Shown here piece by piece: positions 48,226 to 58,798 of a stretch of 64,000 nt of DNA (the stretch's first letter is position 1; the number at the start of each line of letters is the position of its first letter). Below the pieces are notes generated by a model, which was given only the letters and a program-made list of their open reading frames with translations, searched no databases and was not told where the DNA came from. The DNA lies in the IMG/VR virus record IMGVR_UViG_3300042891_000711, positions 1 through 64,000 of that record, one strand, 5' to 3'. Both the position numbers and the translations under genes were made by a program.

Positions 48226-50376
48226 ATGGCATTAACTAGACCAACCGCATATCAGATCAATACAGTGTCTACAACTATTAGTGATCCGTTGACTGTACTA
48301 AATCAAGGTAGTACTGCGGCAAACATAGATATTGGTTTTATTTTAAATCGCAGTCCTTCTGCTAATGTTGCAATAGTCTGGCAAGCATCAAGCAATCAGT
48401 TTATTCTCGCAAATACATCTAGTTCCGGTTCAACAAATGCTAACATTACTGTTAGTAATTATGCCAATCTTCGTGCAGGTAATGTGTTGGCTACAACAAT
48501 AACTACAACAAATTTAGTAGGTGATGCTAATATTACTGTTACCGGTAGTATAATACCAAGTGCAAATGTAACTTATGATTTAGGTAGCCCAACGCAGCGT
48601 TGGCGCGAAGGCTGGTTTAGTGGGTCGACTATACATATTGGTGACGAATCTATTAGTGTAGATACCAATGGTAAGTGGACATTTAGTAGTAAAGGATCTA
48701 CTGTAAATATGGGTAAAGATCACCCATTTGATGTTCCGACAGCTACATTGACTGGTAATATTACTGCTGCAAATTTTAATTTCTCAAACGGTAATAGTAT
48801 TTTTGCAACTATTAATTCAACAATAGCAACTGCTAATACCAATATGAAAGGGTATGTTGATGGGCAGATATCAACTACTACCACAGCAATAACCACAGCT
48901 AACACTAACTTAAAAGGTTATACTGATAACTTAGTCACAACTGCTAATACTAATCTTAAAGGTTATATTGATGCAGCTAATACAATTCAGTCAAATCAAG
49001 TAGCTGGTGCTAATTCAGCTATTACCACAGCTAATACCAACTTAAAAGGTTATGTCGATGGACAGATATCAACTACTACTACAGCTATAACCACAGCTAA
49101 TACCAACTTAAAAGGTTATGTCGATGGACAGATATCAACTACTACTACAGCTATAACCACTGCTAACACTAACCTTAAGGGCTATACTGACGGACAGATA
49201 TCAACTACTACCACAGCGATAACCACTGCTAATACTAACCTTAAGGGTTATACTGATAACTTAGTCACAACTGCTAATACCAATATGAAAGGGTATGTTG
49301 ACGGGCAGATTACTAATTTAGTAAATAGTGCTCCGAGCACATTAGACACACTAAATGAACTGGCAGCTGCATTAGGTAATGATGCCAATTTAAGTGCATC
49401 ACTAACATCGATGATTGGCAACGTGCAGGCAAATGTTACCACCGCTAACACCAACATGAAAGGCTATGTTGATGCGGCTAATACTATTCAATCAAATCAA
49501 ATCGGTTGGGCCAATGCATCTATATCAGCTGCTAACACAGCAATAACCACTGCTAACACTAACATGAAAGGCTATGTTGATAATGGATTAACAGCACGTG
49601 TTACAAGTGTTTCGGGAACCGCACCAGTTACATCAAGTGGTGGAACTACACCGGCAATTAGTATGGCGGCTGCAACCGCATCAGTTAACGGTTACATGAC
49701 CAGCACCTATGCTAGTAAATTAGATGGTATTGCGGCTGGTGCAACTAACGTAACCAATACTAATCAACTTACTAACGGTAATGCATTTGTTACAGCATCA
49801 GTTACATTAACCACTGCAGCACAAACAAACATTACGTCAGTTGGTACACTAACATCATTGGCTGTCAGCGGTGCAATAACAGTTAATAGTGGCGCAGCGG
49901 TAACTGCTATCATTAATGGCGCTACTACTGGTGTGGGCAATATTGGTAGTTCGACTGTGGGATTTAACACAGTATTTGCCAAATCAACCTCAGCACAGTA
50001 CGCTGACTTGGCCGAAGTTTATCGTAGCGATCGTAACTATATTCCAGGCACTGTGGTTGTATTCGGTGGTACTAGTGAAGTTACAGTAAGTTTAACCAGT
50101 CACGATACCAAAGTTGCAGGTGTAGTATCTACAAATCCTGCATATCTAATGAATAGTGAGTTAGAGGGTGTAGCAGTAGCTCTACAAGGTCGTGTACCCT
50201 GTCGTGTATTAGGTCCAGTAGTTAAAGGCGATCGTGTAGTTACCAGCGATGTACGCGGCGTAGCAGAACGCTTAGACATGGGCAAATATCAACCAGGTTG
50301 TATCATTGGCAAAGCGTTAGGCACAATACCCGATGGTGAAATAGCCACAATCGAAGTAGTAGTTGGACGTAATTAA
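48226..50376 (+). CDS. tail fibre-like protein with coiled-coil repeats and the same C-terminal domain as 47108-48142
   Basis: YDLGSPTQRW, TANTN(L/M)KGY repeats, APSTLDTLNELAAALG, STSAQYADLAE. Confidence 0.8.
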   Translation: MALTRPTAYQINTVSTTISDPLTVLNQGSTAANIDIGFILNRSPSANVAIVWQASSNQFILANTSSSGSTNANITVSNYANLRAGNVLATTITTTNLVGDANITVTGSIIPSANVTYDLGSPTQRWREGWFSGSTIHIGDESISVDTNGKWTFSSKGSTVNMGKDHPFDVPTATLTGNITAANFNFSNGNSIFATINSTIATANTNMKGYVDGQISTTTTAITTANTNLKGYTDNLVTTANTNLKGYIDAANTIQSNQVAGANSAITTANTNLKGYVDGQISTTTTAITTANTNLKGYVDGQISTTTTAITTANTNLKGYTDGQISTTTTAITTANTNLKGYTDNLVTTANTNMKGYVDGQITNLVNSAPSTLDTLNELAAALGNDANLSASLTSMIGNVQANVTTANTNMKGYVDAANTIQSNQIGWANASISAANTAITTANTNMKGYVDNGLTARVTSVSGTAPVTSSGGTTPAISMAAATASVNGYMTSTYASKLDGIAAGATNVTNTNQLTNGNAFVTASVTLTTAAQTNITSVGTLTSLAVSGAITVNSGAAVTAIINGATTGVGNIGSSTVGFNTVFAKSTSAQYADLAEVYRSDRNYIPGTVVVFGGTSEVTVSLTSHDTKVAGVVSTNPAYLMNSELEGVAVALQGRVPCRVLGPVVKGDRVVTSDVRGVAERLDMGKYQPGCIIGKALGTIPDGEIATIEVVVGRN
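48826..49581 (+). repeat. imperfect coding repeats (about 66- and 45-bp units)
   Basis: about ten TANTN(L/M)KGY(V/T/I)D units; near-identical 66-bp copies at about 49015-49250. Confidence 0.85.
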
Positions 50377-50421
50377 CAGTTGACAATTGGATTAATTTCG
50401 TGTATTATATAGCTTATTAAT

Positions 50422-51024
50422 ATGAAAATTAAAGAACTTATGGAATCTATTTCTTATTCTTGGTTAACAACTGTTCAACAGGCATTTATTAACCAGGGAG
50501 TAAACTATATCGATCCTGTTATTACTACAGTAAAGAATTTACACACAGGCGTAGTAGGAAGACATACCGGAATCTATATAATTTTCAAAGAAGCACCCGA
50601 CGGTACTGTATTTTATTACCTAGGTATTGCTACTAAAGGCAATACCATTCATGCTCGATTTCAGCCGCACTATGCCAAACTAACAGTTAATTTATCTGCA
50701 ATGTATGGTCCTAATTTAGAACCTCGCCCAGAAACTCGCTGGATGTTTCCAAAAAATTGGCGCAAAGGTGTTAAACAACATTTTTTAGATAATCCGGATG
50801 ATATTCCTGATTATTGGACTGGCAAACAAAAACGAGGTGTACAACCTATTAATCATGAGTGGAAACCAATTTGGAAACAGGGAGTTGATATTGACAACTT
50901 GTCCGTGGCTATTTGGAATTTAAGTTCAGCCGATGCTGTACAAATTGATAAAATAGAAACTTCATTAATTCAAACTCTTAAGCCAATTTTCAATGGCGCA
51001 AAAACAAAAGTACGCACAAACTAG
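50422..51024 (+). CDS. GIY-YIG family nuclease
   Basis: GIYII..YYLGIA...RF..H...IETSLIQTLKPIFN. Confidence 0.7.
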   Translation: MKIKELMESISYSWLTTVQQAFINQGVNYIDPVITTVKNLHTGVVGRHTGIYIIFKEAPDGTVFYYLGIATKGNTIHARFQPHYAKLTVNLSAMYGPNLEPRPETRWMFPKNWRKGVKQHFLDNPDDIPDYWTGKQKRGVQPINHEWKPIWKQGVDIDNLSVAIWNLSSADAVQIDKIETSLIQTLKPIFNGAKTKVRTN

Positions 51025-51027
51025 CTC

Positions 51028-51056
51028 TTGACTTTTTGGTTAAATGACTGTATAAT
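51028..51056 (+). promoter_or_regulatory. early sigma70 promoter (conserved family)
   Basis: TTGACT-TTTTGGTTAAATGACTG-TATAAT. Confidence 0.85.
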
Positions 51057-51074
51057 ACACTTATAAATTAATAA

Positions 51075-52421
51075 ATGAGTGTATACATGATAAATGCTAT
51101 TTTAGAAGAAGTTGCTAACGAACCTAGTAAGAATGCAAAAATTGCTATCCTTACCCAGCATAAAGACAATAAAGAACTACAAGAAGTTGTTCGTCTTGCC
51201 TATGACCCAACTGTAAACTTCTTTATTAAAAAAATTCCTCAATACGAAACTAAAATGCGCATTGACTTCATGACCATGTCCGAAGCATTTTCGTTATTAG
51301 AAACGTTAAGCACACGTAAAGTTACTGGTACTGCTGGTATTAATCAGCTTAAACTTATACTCGAATGTGTATCAGCAGACAATGCAAAAGTAATTGCTAA
51401 GGTTGTGGATCGCGACCTACGTGCTGGCTTCGGTGAGTCAACAGCAAACAAAGTATGGAAGAATTTAATTCCAGAGTTTCCGTATATGCGTTGCGCACTA
51501 CCAAAAGCTGCCAAGTTAGATGAGTTTAGTTGGACAGATGGCGTTTACAGTCAGCTCAAAGCTGATGGTATGTTTGCCAATGTAAATCATACAGAGGACG
51601 GTGAAGTACAAATTCTAAGTCGTGCAGGATCATTATTTCCACAGCAACACTTTGCACATTTAATTGCCGACGTACAAAAAACATTTCCTGTAGGCACACA
51701 GTCACACGGTGAATTATTAGTTAAACGTGATGGTACAGTGCTACCACGTCAAATTGGTAATGGTATCTTAAACAAGGTACAAAAAGGTGGCGATATCGGC
51801 CCAAACGATGAGATTGTATACCTAGTATGGGACCAAATAGCTCTAACTTCAGTAGTTTCTAAAGGTACTTATAATGTACCTTATCAACTTCGCTTTGCTG
51901 AATTAGCAACACAAACGATGCGAGCAGAATGTATTGAGCTTATCGATACACGCATTGTACATAATATGGAAGAAGCACTTGCTCACTATCGTGAAATGCT
52001 AGATGCAGGTATGGAAGGTACAATTATTAAAAACGCCCTAGGTATTTGGAAAGATACTACTAGCAAAGACCAAGTTAAGATGAAACTTGATATTGATGTT
52101 GATTTGGTTATTATGGGTTTTAATGCCGGCAATGGTAAAAATGAAGCAACGTTTGGTTCTATTGTTTGCCAATCAAGTGATGGCTTATTAGAAGTAAACA
52201 TCAGTGGCTTTACAGATGAAGTGCGTTTAGAAGTACATAATAATCGAGACCGACTACTTGGTACCATTGTCACAGTTAAAGGCAACAGCATTATGCCACC
52301 GACGGGTAATAACACAAAATACTCATTGTTCCTTCCACGATTTGCTGAATTTAGAACAGACAAGCAAGTAGCAGATGACTTAGACAAAGTTATCGAACAG
52401 TTTGACAATGCTATTAAATGA
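51075..52421 (+). CDS. ATP-dependent DNA ligase (T4 gp30-like)
   Basis: QLKADG (KxDG), HGEL, VWD, EGTIIK, KMK, SLFLPRF. Confidence 0.95.
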   Translation: MSVYMINAILEEVANEPSKNAKIAILTQHKDNKELQEVVRLAYDPTVNFFIKKIPQYETKMRIDFMTMSEAFSLLETLSTRKVTGTAGINQLKLILECVSADNAKVIAKVVDRDLRAGFGESTANKVWKNLIPEFPYMRCALPKAAKLDEFSWTDGVYSQLKADGMFANVNHTEDGEVQILSRAGSLFPQQHFAHLIADVQKTFPVGTQSHGELLVKRDGTVLPRQIGNGILNKVQKGGDIGPNDEIVYLVWDQIALTSVVSKGTYNVPYQLRFAELATQTMRAECIELIDTRIVHNMEEALAHYREMLDAGMEGTIIKNALGIWKDTTSKDQVKMKLDIDVDLVIMGFNAGNGKNEATFGSIVCQSSDGLLEVNISGFTDEVRLEVHNNRDRLLGTIVTVKGNSIMPPTGNNTKYSLFLPRFAEFRTDKQVADDLDKVIEQFDNAIK

Positions 52422-52726
52422 TAGTAAAATTAATAAACTGGCTATCAAGGATATTACCTTTGACTAAAAATTATAAACTAGCGCAAGAAGCTAACAGGGG
52501 CACTGTCTACGGTGCTATGGTAGAAATTACTAAGAACCCACGCTTGTGGCGTAATAGTCCTGTGGGACGTGAGTATTGCCATTTCACAGAAGAAGGACGC
52601 GAGGTTATTGTAGACCTAATGCAGGATCTATTGCGCACTGTGGCTGTATTAGAACGTAAAGCTGTAGATCAACGAGCTAAAGAAATTACAATTGATATAT
52701 TAAAGGGAAAACATGAAACTGACTAA
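52418..52726 (+). CDS. hypothetical protein
   Basis: ATGA-coupled ORF. Confidence 0.65.
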   Translation: MIVKLINWLSRILPLTKNYKLAQEANRGTVYGAMVEITKNPRLWRNSPVGREYCHFTEEGREVIVDLMQDLLRTVAVLERKAVDQRAKEITIDILKGKHETD

Positions 52727-52985
52727 AGAAGAATTGGTAGCAAAATTAAGAGACCGTGTATGCGAAGTAACATTTACTAAAGTAAACGGCGAAACTCGCA
52801 CTATGCCCTGTACCCTTAGAGCAGACCTTGTGCCTGCGTATGAGCGTAAAACACCGGTTAAAGAAGCCACTGAAAAGGAATCTGCTACACTTAGCGTATG
52901 GTGTATAGACAAACAGGCATGGCGCAGTTTCCGTGTAGATTCAGTAACTGACATTAAAATTCACCTTGAATTACACGGATTTTAA
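52713..52985 (+). CDS. WYL-like SH3 beta-barrel phage protein
   Basis: VTFTKVNGETRTMPCTL...W...WRSFRVDSV. Confidence 0.75.
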   Translation: MKLTKEELVAKLRDRVCEVTFTKVNGETRTMPCTLRADLVPAYERKTPVKEATEKESATLSVWCIDKQAWRSFRVDSVTDIKIHLELHGF

Positions 52986-52997
52986 CTAAAAGTTGAC

Positions 52998-54140
52998 ATG
53001 AAAAACTATTGCCGATTAATATTCCAAAATCTGTACGTAGAAAAAGTTAATACAACACAAAGTAAGTTAGGATTTTGTTGCAACAGTAAAACTACAGAAC
53101 CAGTCGACACTGTTACTTTTAATCATCCTACCCTCGAATCTGGTCGAAAGCATCTATTAGACACAGGTGAGTTGCCTTCTTCGTGTAGTTTATGTATTGA
53201 TAATGAACGTAACGGGTCTATATCAATGAGATTAAGTGCAAATAATAGTGATTATAAATCCGGTATAGAAACTAAATTAACTAATATCCAATATAATTGC
53301 GACACAGTATGTAATTTAAAATGCATTGTCTGTAGTGGCCAATACAGTTCGTCGTGGATTGAAGACGAAATTAAATTGGGTCGGCCTAATCGAATTCGAA
53401 TGATTCCGACTAAAAATAACGCATTAATATATAATTTAGATTTAAGTAATATTGTTTCGGTGTATTTTAATGGCGGCGAACCATTTATGTCATTAGACCA
53501 CATTAAATTTTTAACTCATTTGATCAATGTTAGTGATCCGAGTAAAATAACGGTATACTATAATACTAATGCAACTTGGCCAATAACTGAGGCAATGTTA
53601 GATGTATGGAATAAGTTTGAAACAATTGAGATAATGTGTAGTATAGATGGTATTGGTGAGGTGTTTGAATACGTTAGGTTTCCGGGAAATTGGAAAGAAG
53701 TTGAAAAAAATCTAATAGAGTTTAACCAAATCAACCAACCAAATATAAAAATTAGAATAACTCCTGCAATAGGTATTCATAATATATTATATATAGATCA
53801 ATTGCTATCATGGTGTAAAGAAAATAATTTTAAAACGTCGTTTGATAAAGATTTCACTGAGGTAAATACCGTCGGTGGTATATTCACGCTGCACAATTTC
53901 CCCAAAGAACACCATGATTATCTATTAGCTTACCTATCGTCAACTTGGTTAAATGATAAAAAACGTCAGCAGTTAATAGCAGCAATTACTCCACTTGCAG
54001 AACAAACTACCGATTGGATCGACCAATTAACACGGCTTGATAGGATTAGAGGAAATAATTGGAAAAAAAGTCTATCTAAACTATATAAGCTAAATTCCGA
54101 TTATTTTGATAAAATAATGGTTGACAACGTCATTAACTGA
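52998..54140 (+). CDS. radical SAM protein with N-terminal twitch-like Cys cluster
   Basis: YC..FCC..CSLC, CNLKCIVC, FNGGEP, YNTN, SIDG. Confidence 0.88.
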   Translation: MKNYCRLIFQNLYVEKVNTTQSKLGFCCNSKTTEPVDTVTFNHPTLESGRKHLLDTGELPSSCSLCIDNERNGSISMRLSANNSDYKSGIETKLTNIQYNCDTVCNLKCIVCSGQYSSSWIEDEIKLGRPNRIRMIPTKNNALIYNLDLSNIVSVYFNGGEPFMSLDHIKFLTHLINVSDPSKITVYYNTNATWPITEAMLDVWNKFETIEIMCSIDGIGEVFEYVRFPGNWKEVEKNLIEFNQINQPNIKIRITPAIGIHNILYIDQLLSWCKENNFKTSFDKDFTEVNTVGGIFTLHNFPKEHHDYLLAYLSSTWLNDKKRQQLIAAITPLAEQTTDWIDQLTRLDRIRGNNWKKSLSKLYKLNSDYFDKIMVDNVIN

Positions 54141-54206
54141 GTATATAATATACACATGCTTAGAAATTAAGCAAAACTTTTATTAATCGTTATGGAGAAG
54201 TAAACA

Positions 54207-54455
54207 ATGGCAAATTTAGCTAAAGTAACAAATCAAGTAGCATTCTTAGAAAAATACCTACGCGGTACAGGTAAAACATTAACAGCGGCTCAAGCATCTG
54301 CTAACTACGGTATCAAAAATTTACCAGCTCGTATGTCAGAGTTCCGTAAATGCGGTCTGGTAGTTAAAACAGAAGTAAACACCACAGGCAAAACTGCTTA
54401 CGCTGTTACTGCTCGTGATGTTAATGGTTCACGTGCTCGTGCTTTTATTGCTTAA
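54207..54455 (+). CDS. winged-helix DNA-binding protein
   Basis: LTAAQA...YGIKNLPARMSEFRKCGL; own promoter and terminator. Confidence 0.7.
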   Translation: MANLAKVTNQVAFLEKYLRGTGKTLTAAQASANYGIKNLPARMSEFRKCGLVVKTEVNTTGKTAYAVTARDVNGSRARAFIA

Positions 54456-54479
54456 TTAAGCGATAGAAGTTGTAACCAT

Positions 54480-54507
54480 AAAAAAGCCGCGTAATGCGGC
54501 TTTTTTG
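54480..54507. terminator. bidirectional terminator
   Basis: AAAAAAGCCGC-GTAAT-GCGGCTTTTTT. Confidence 0.85.
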
Positions 54508-54508
54508 T

Positions 54509-55042
54509 TTATACTGTTGGTAGTTCGGATTTGTTTATCTGTACATCGTCGACATAAAATTCTTCAACTATTGTATTGTTAAGAGATGCCGCAAGAGCAA
54601 TTACTGCATCTAACCGTTCACGATATTCTACATTGTATTGATAAGATAATTCTTCAACATCATTATATGTGTGTATAACTGTATATGTTAGGGAAAATGG
54701 ATTATAGTTTGGTTTTGTATCTTTAAATTTTACATTGTTTAAAAAATTGTCAATTACATTGCTGCCGTAGTCTAAATATTCATCGGTTTGATTAATTGAA
54801 TTAATTGATATAGCATTAGTAGAACGACTGAGTAACCATTCTTTTATGTCCGGGCGTAATTCATCGATTCTGTCAGAAATTTCCTGCCATGTAATTTGTT
54901 CAGCGTAATGGCACGAACAATCAATAGTTTGGTCGGTTATTGGTGCAACAGATATTGGGTACATTCCTCGTTCGGAATTTTCAACCCAGAAAACGTCATT
55001 TAATGTTGGTCTTGAAGCGATAAGTTTATATACTGCTGACAT
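54509..55042 (-). CDS. hypothetical protein
   Basis: ORF with AGGA SD and TAAATA upstream on the minus strand. Confidence 0.7.
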   Translation of the reverse strand: MSAVYKLIASRPTLNDVFWVENSERGMYPISVAPITDQTIDCSCHYAEQITWQEISDRIDELRPDIKEWLLSRSTNAISINSINQTDEYLDYGSNVIDNFLNNVKFKDTKPNYNPFSLTYTVIHTYNDVEELSYQYNVEYRERLDAVIALAASLNNTIVEEFYVDDVQINKSELPTV

Positions 55043-55136
55043 TGTATTCTTCCTATTTTAATTATTTATCTTTTGCTTGACTTTGGGATGAATTTATAGT
55101 ATAATACACTTGTTTTAAACATTAGAGAAAGCGTAT

Positions 55137-55706
55137 ATGATTAAACGTGGCCTAATTTACTTTATTATTGCAGGTGTGCTATACATATTATTTGTGCAGG
55201 ATCAACGTATGGATCGAATGGAAGAACATGTATTCGAAATACATGATGATGTTGAAATAATCAAGGAAGCAGTGTTAGAACGCAGTGCAAGTAGAATTAA
55301 CTATACTCCGCGAGAGTTTGAATGTTTGGTTCGTAATATATACTACGAAGCTGGTGTTGAAAGTGACCTGGGCAAGTATGCAGTTGCACAGGTAACACTT
55401 AACCGTAAGAAATCAGGTTATTGGGGTAAGAATATATGCAACGTTGTATATTCAAAAGCACAGTTTTCGTGGACTAAAGTTAAAGAACGTGCATGGACTA
55501 GACCTAAAGATGCAACGTGGACTCGCAGTAGAGAAATTGCAAGCCAGGTATTAAATAATGGAGTTAGAGTAAAACCATTAAAGAAAGCCTTGTTCTACCA
55601 CGCAGACTATGTTAGACCAGACTGGCGTGACAAAGGTAAACGAGTAGCAAAGATAGGGCAACATATTTTTTATACACAAGCAAAAGGAAATTCAATTAAA
55701 CTATGA
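55137..55706 (+). CDS. cell wall hydrolase, SleB/Hydrolase_2 family, N-terminal membrane anchor
   Basis: CLVRNIYYEA, AVAQVTLNR, QFSW, ALFYHA, IGQHIFY. Confidence 0.9.
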   Translation: MIKRGLIYFIIAGVLYILFVQDQRMDRMEEHVFEIHDDVEIIKEAVLERSASRINYTPREFECLVRNIYYEAGVESDLGKYAVAQVTLNRKKSGYWGKNICNVVYSKAQFSWTKVKERAWTRPKDATWTRSREIASQVLNNGVRVKPLKKALFYHADYVRPDWRDKGKRVAKIGQHIFYTQAKGNSIKL

Positions 55707-56140
55707 AATACTTCAGTTACGGAATGAATACTAATCTAACACAAATGGCTCGCCGCTGTCCACAGGCAGTGAGTTTAGGGGCCGCAGTATTACCAGGCTT
55801 CCGCTTTGAGTTTAAATCATTTGCCACTGTAGTTGCTGATTATACTAGTGATGCAGTTGGAGTAGTTTGGGAAATCTCAGATGACTGCGAGGATGCCTTA
55901 GACATATTAGAAGGCTACCCTGTTTACTACACTAAACAAATAGTTACAGTGTTGATTGATGGTACCTTGCATACTGCTATGACCTACTTAATGTACCCGG
56001 ATGAACAACTTAGCTTACCAAGTAACAGTTATTATAATATGGTAGCAGATGGTTATGAGGACCATGGCATTAGTTTGGTTCAACTCGAAGATGCTGTTGA
56101 CCGTGTTCATATGATGTATGGTGAAGCATATTGCAGTTGA
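55703..56140 (+). CDS. gamma-glutamylcyclotransferase-like protein
   Basis: YFSYGMN, GVVWEI, LDILEGYP. Confidence 0.85.
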   Translation: MKYFSYGMNTNLTQMARRCPQAVSLGAAVLPGFRFEFKSFATVVADYTSDAVGVVWEISDDCEDALDILEGYPVYYTKQIVTVLIDGTLHTAMTYLMYPDEQLSLPSNSYYNMVADGYEDHGISLVQLEDAVDRVHMMYGEAYCS

Positions 56141-56198
56141 CAACATCGGCTGTTTAGTGTATAATATAAAACATAAACTAGTGTAATGGAGAATATGT

Positions 56199-56900
56199 AT
56201 GGCCACTGAGCAAGAAAAAGAAGAATTATTGCAGACACTTAAATTTACACCTCGTACTTATCGTGTGGAAATTTGGGGCCGTGGGGGTGAAATTTACTGG
56301 GGTAAAGTTGACCGTAAGATCTACGATTTCTTTAAAGAAAAAGAGATTGATATCGAACAGTATGCTGGTAGTTGGGAAGAACGTATGTGGGACGATGTTC
56401 CATTTGATATGCGTCCATTTGACCCGGGCAGTCCGTACGAATGTGATGATGTACATACCAGTGGTGCTACATTTGATGACTCTAGCACCATCGTAGTCTA
56501 TGATGAAACTGGTGCAGAGGTTTGGACTAGTACCTTAGGGCAAGATGCACTGTCCGACAATGGTGCTGAATGTGACTGTATCGATGAAAAGTATATCAGT
56601 GACTATCCTGCGGGTACTGTAGTGTTCTATGGTGCCCAGGGTGAAAAAGGTACGTTCTTTGGCAATGATTTTGAGCTTAAATCTCCGTTTGATCCTAACA
56701 AACTACGTGTACTCTATGAAGACATGGATGGTTGGGAAATTACCACCGGCGTGCAATATGATGGTGAAGACATCGATGGTAACGACTACGATACTACAGG
56801 TAAGTGGGGTGAAAACAAGTGGATTATTGTAGGTGGCGAACCAATCTATCAAGGTGTGGAACGTGATGAAGATGACTACAGTGACGAGGAAGAGGATTAG
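56199..56900 (+). CDS. acidic hypothetical protein
   Basis: intact ORF with GGAG SD and own promoter. Confidence 0.75.
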   Translation: MATEQEKEELLQTLKFTPRTYRVEIWGRGGEIYWGKVDRKIYDFFKEKEIDIEQYAGSWEERMWDDVPFDMRPFDPGSPYECDDVHTSGATFDDSSTIVVYDETGAEVWTSTLGQDALSDNGAECDCIDEKYISDYPAGTVVFYGAQGEKGTFFGNDFELKSPFDPNKLRVLYEDMDGWEITTGVQYDGEDIDGNDYDTTGKWGENKWIIVGGEPIYQGVERDEDDYSDEEED

Positions 56901-56904
56901 TATA

Positions 56905-57057
56905 ATGGATTATTTATTATTAGCAATAGCAGTACTCACAGCAATAGGACTAGGATTAGTTTATTTGGTTTTTGAAACTAATGTCGCCGGCTCGGGTACT
57001 AGTTGTACAGGTAATTGCAATCAAGGCCGTAACTGTAATTGCAAGGGTTACAAGTAG
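56905..57057 (+). CDS. small membrane protein with Cys-rich tail
   Basis: TM helix plus CTGNCNQGRNCNC. Confidence 0.65.
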   Translation: MDYLLLAIAVLTAIGLGLVYLVFETNVAGSGTSCTGNCNQGRNCNCKGYK

Positions 57058-57437
57058 TGGCAACAGTATATCCGGGCTATCGTTCAACACCTACTACAAG
57101 TAATATCACCTTAGGTAGTGGTGGTGCCGGCACAAGTACTGTTAGTGTAACTGGAGCAGGCGGTAGTGGTGGTGTATTAATGGCTGGTAGTGCTGGTACT
57201 AATTGGACTACTGCGGCTAAAACAACGATGCAGGGACAACTACAGTTAGACGGCGCCAACCCAGATATTATGATTGGTGGAAAAAGTATGGTAACATGGA
57301 TGCAAAAAGTAGAGCAACGTCTTAGCATACTCGAACCCAAACCAGAATTACTGGCCAAATACGAAGCACTACAACAGGCATACGACCATTACAAAACACT
57401 CGAAGCATTACTACACGGAACAGAAAATGATTCATAA
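57057..57437 (+). CDS. hypothetical protein
   Basis: Gly/Thr-rich N-terminus, helical C-terminus; start uncertain. Confidence 0.6.
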   Translation: MATVYPGYRSTPTTSNITLGSGGAGTSTVSVTGAGGSGGVLMAGSAGTNWTTAAKTTMQGQLQLDGANPDIMIGGKSMVTWMQKVEQRLSILEPKPELLAKYEALQQAYDHYKTLEALLHGTENDS

Positions 57438-57606
57438 GATTGATATATACAGTGATGTTGCTCGTACTGCAAAGTGTATTGATTGGTGTAATAAGAACTT
57501 AAATAACAATGAGTGGGATTTAAAATTACTGTCAATGGCTCCACTGCATTACGCATTTGAATTTAAAGATCCACAGATACATTTAATGGCAGTTATGGCA
57601 CACTAG
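57427..57606 (+). CDS. 59-aa hypothetical protein (not in ORF track)
   Basis: open frame MIHKIDIYSD...MAVMAH fills the gap. Confidence 0.55.
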   Translation: MIHKIDIYSDVARTAKCIDWCNKNLNNNEWDLKLLSMAPLHYAFEFKDPQIHLMAVMAH

Positions 57607-57614
57607 GGAATAAA

Positions 57615-58439
57615 ATGAGAAACTATTGGACTTGTAGTAAATTTGCTGATTGGCTACGCGGCACTCCTAAATTAGATGCTGGCACAAGCGAGGAATGGAA
57701 CAAGTGGAATAAGGATGCTAAGTCAGCACACCCATTCCGTTTTTGGTTAGCAGAAGAAGCACTAAGTGATCTAGACGATGCGTGGAATTATATTCCCGGC
57801 AAGATTAACGATGTACGCTATTATATCGATAATCGTTTTCTATCAAAAACACACGCACTAACCAGTCGTTTGAGTAAAGGGCAATGGCATGAATTTGAAG
57901 AACGCTTGCTACATAGCATATTCGATACATTTGTGGACTTTATTGAAATTGACACTGCGTGGAATCACTGTATGTGGAATGACGACGCACAGAAAAAATT
58001 CAATATGCCTTGGTGGAGGGGACAATGGTATACTCGTTGGTTCCGGCGCTGGCGTTGTGCTGACGCAGCTATAGCTCACCTAGAATGGGAAATGACTTTA
58101 AAGTATGATGACAACTGGATAAAGAAAACTGATCCATTATACGGTACCTTTACACCACAGGCAGAAGCCGCTAAAGAGAAATGGGCCTTGTACTACTGGT
58201 GGAAACATGTTCGTCCGCAACGTGCTGATGCATATGACTACTGTGGCTGGACACAATACTGCGAAGACACTAGAGCTAAAGATGGAGATGATTGGCTGTT
58301 TGGTAAAGAAAGCAAAAAAGATAAAAAACGCAGTAAGGCTATCTTAGATGCCATGGATCGTCTTGAACAGCAGTATGACGCAGAAGATGAAGTTATGTTA
58401 ATTCGTTTAGTTAAATTAAGGAAATCGCTATGGACTTAA
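57615..58439 (+). CDS. Trp-rich hypothetical phage protein
   Basis: intact 274-aa ORF. Confidence 0.75.
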   Translation: MRNYWTCSKFADWLRGTPKLDAGTSEEWNKWNKDAKSAHPFRFWLAEEALSDLDDAWNYIPGKINDVRYYIDNRFLSKTHALTSRLSKGQWHEFEERLLHSIFDTFVDFIEIDTAWNHCMWNDDAQKKFNMPWWRGQWYTRWFRRWRCADAAIAHLEWEMTLKYDDNWIKKTDPLYGTFTPQAEAAKEKWALYYWWKHVRPQRADAYDYCGWTQYCEDTRAKDGDDWLFGKESKKDKKRSKAILDAMDRLEQQYDAEDEVMLIRLVKLRKSLWT

Positions 58440-58741
58440 TGATATCAATATTTAATATAATAATAACAGGATATATTACATTTTGTGTATTGTTTACAAC
58501 ATTCTTTATTGTTAAATTTTATTCTAACTATCGAAAAGAAATTACTAAGATCAAATCTCCAGACCAACCCGATATTTCAGCAGTTAAATTAGTTAGTGTT
58601 GAAGTTGTCGAGAATCGAGTAATGATGTATGATGCTGTAACACACGCATTTATCTGTCAGGCGGATACAGAAGAAGCACTGTGGGCCACAGCTGAAGCAA
58701 TGTTTCCGGGCAAATCATTACTGCGTTATGTTAGCACTTGA
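58430..58741 (+). CDS. hypothetical membrane protein
   Basis: N-terminal TM; FICQA motif. Confidence 0.65.
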   Translation: MDLMISIFNIIITGYITFCVLFTTFFIVKFYSNYRKEITKIKSPDQPDISAVKLVSVEVVENRVMMYDAVTHAFICQADTEEALWATAEAMFPGKSLLRYVST

Positions 58742-58798
58742 CAAATAACTAAATTTACTGTATAATACTTGTATTGATAATTAAGAAAGGTACTAATT

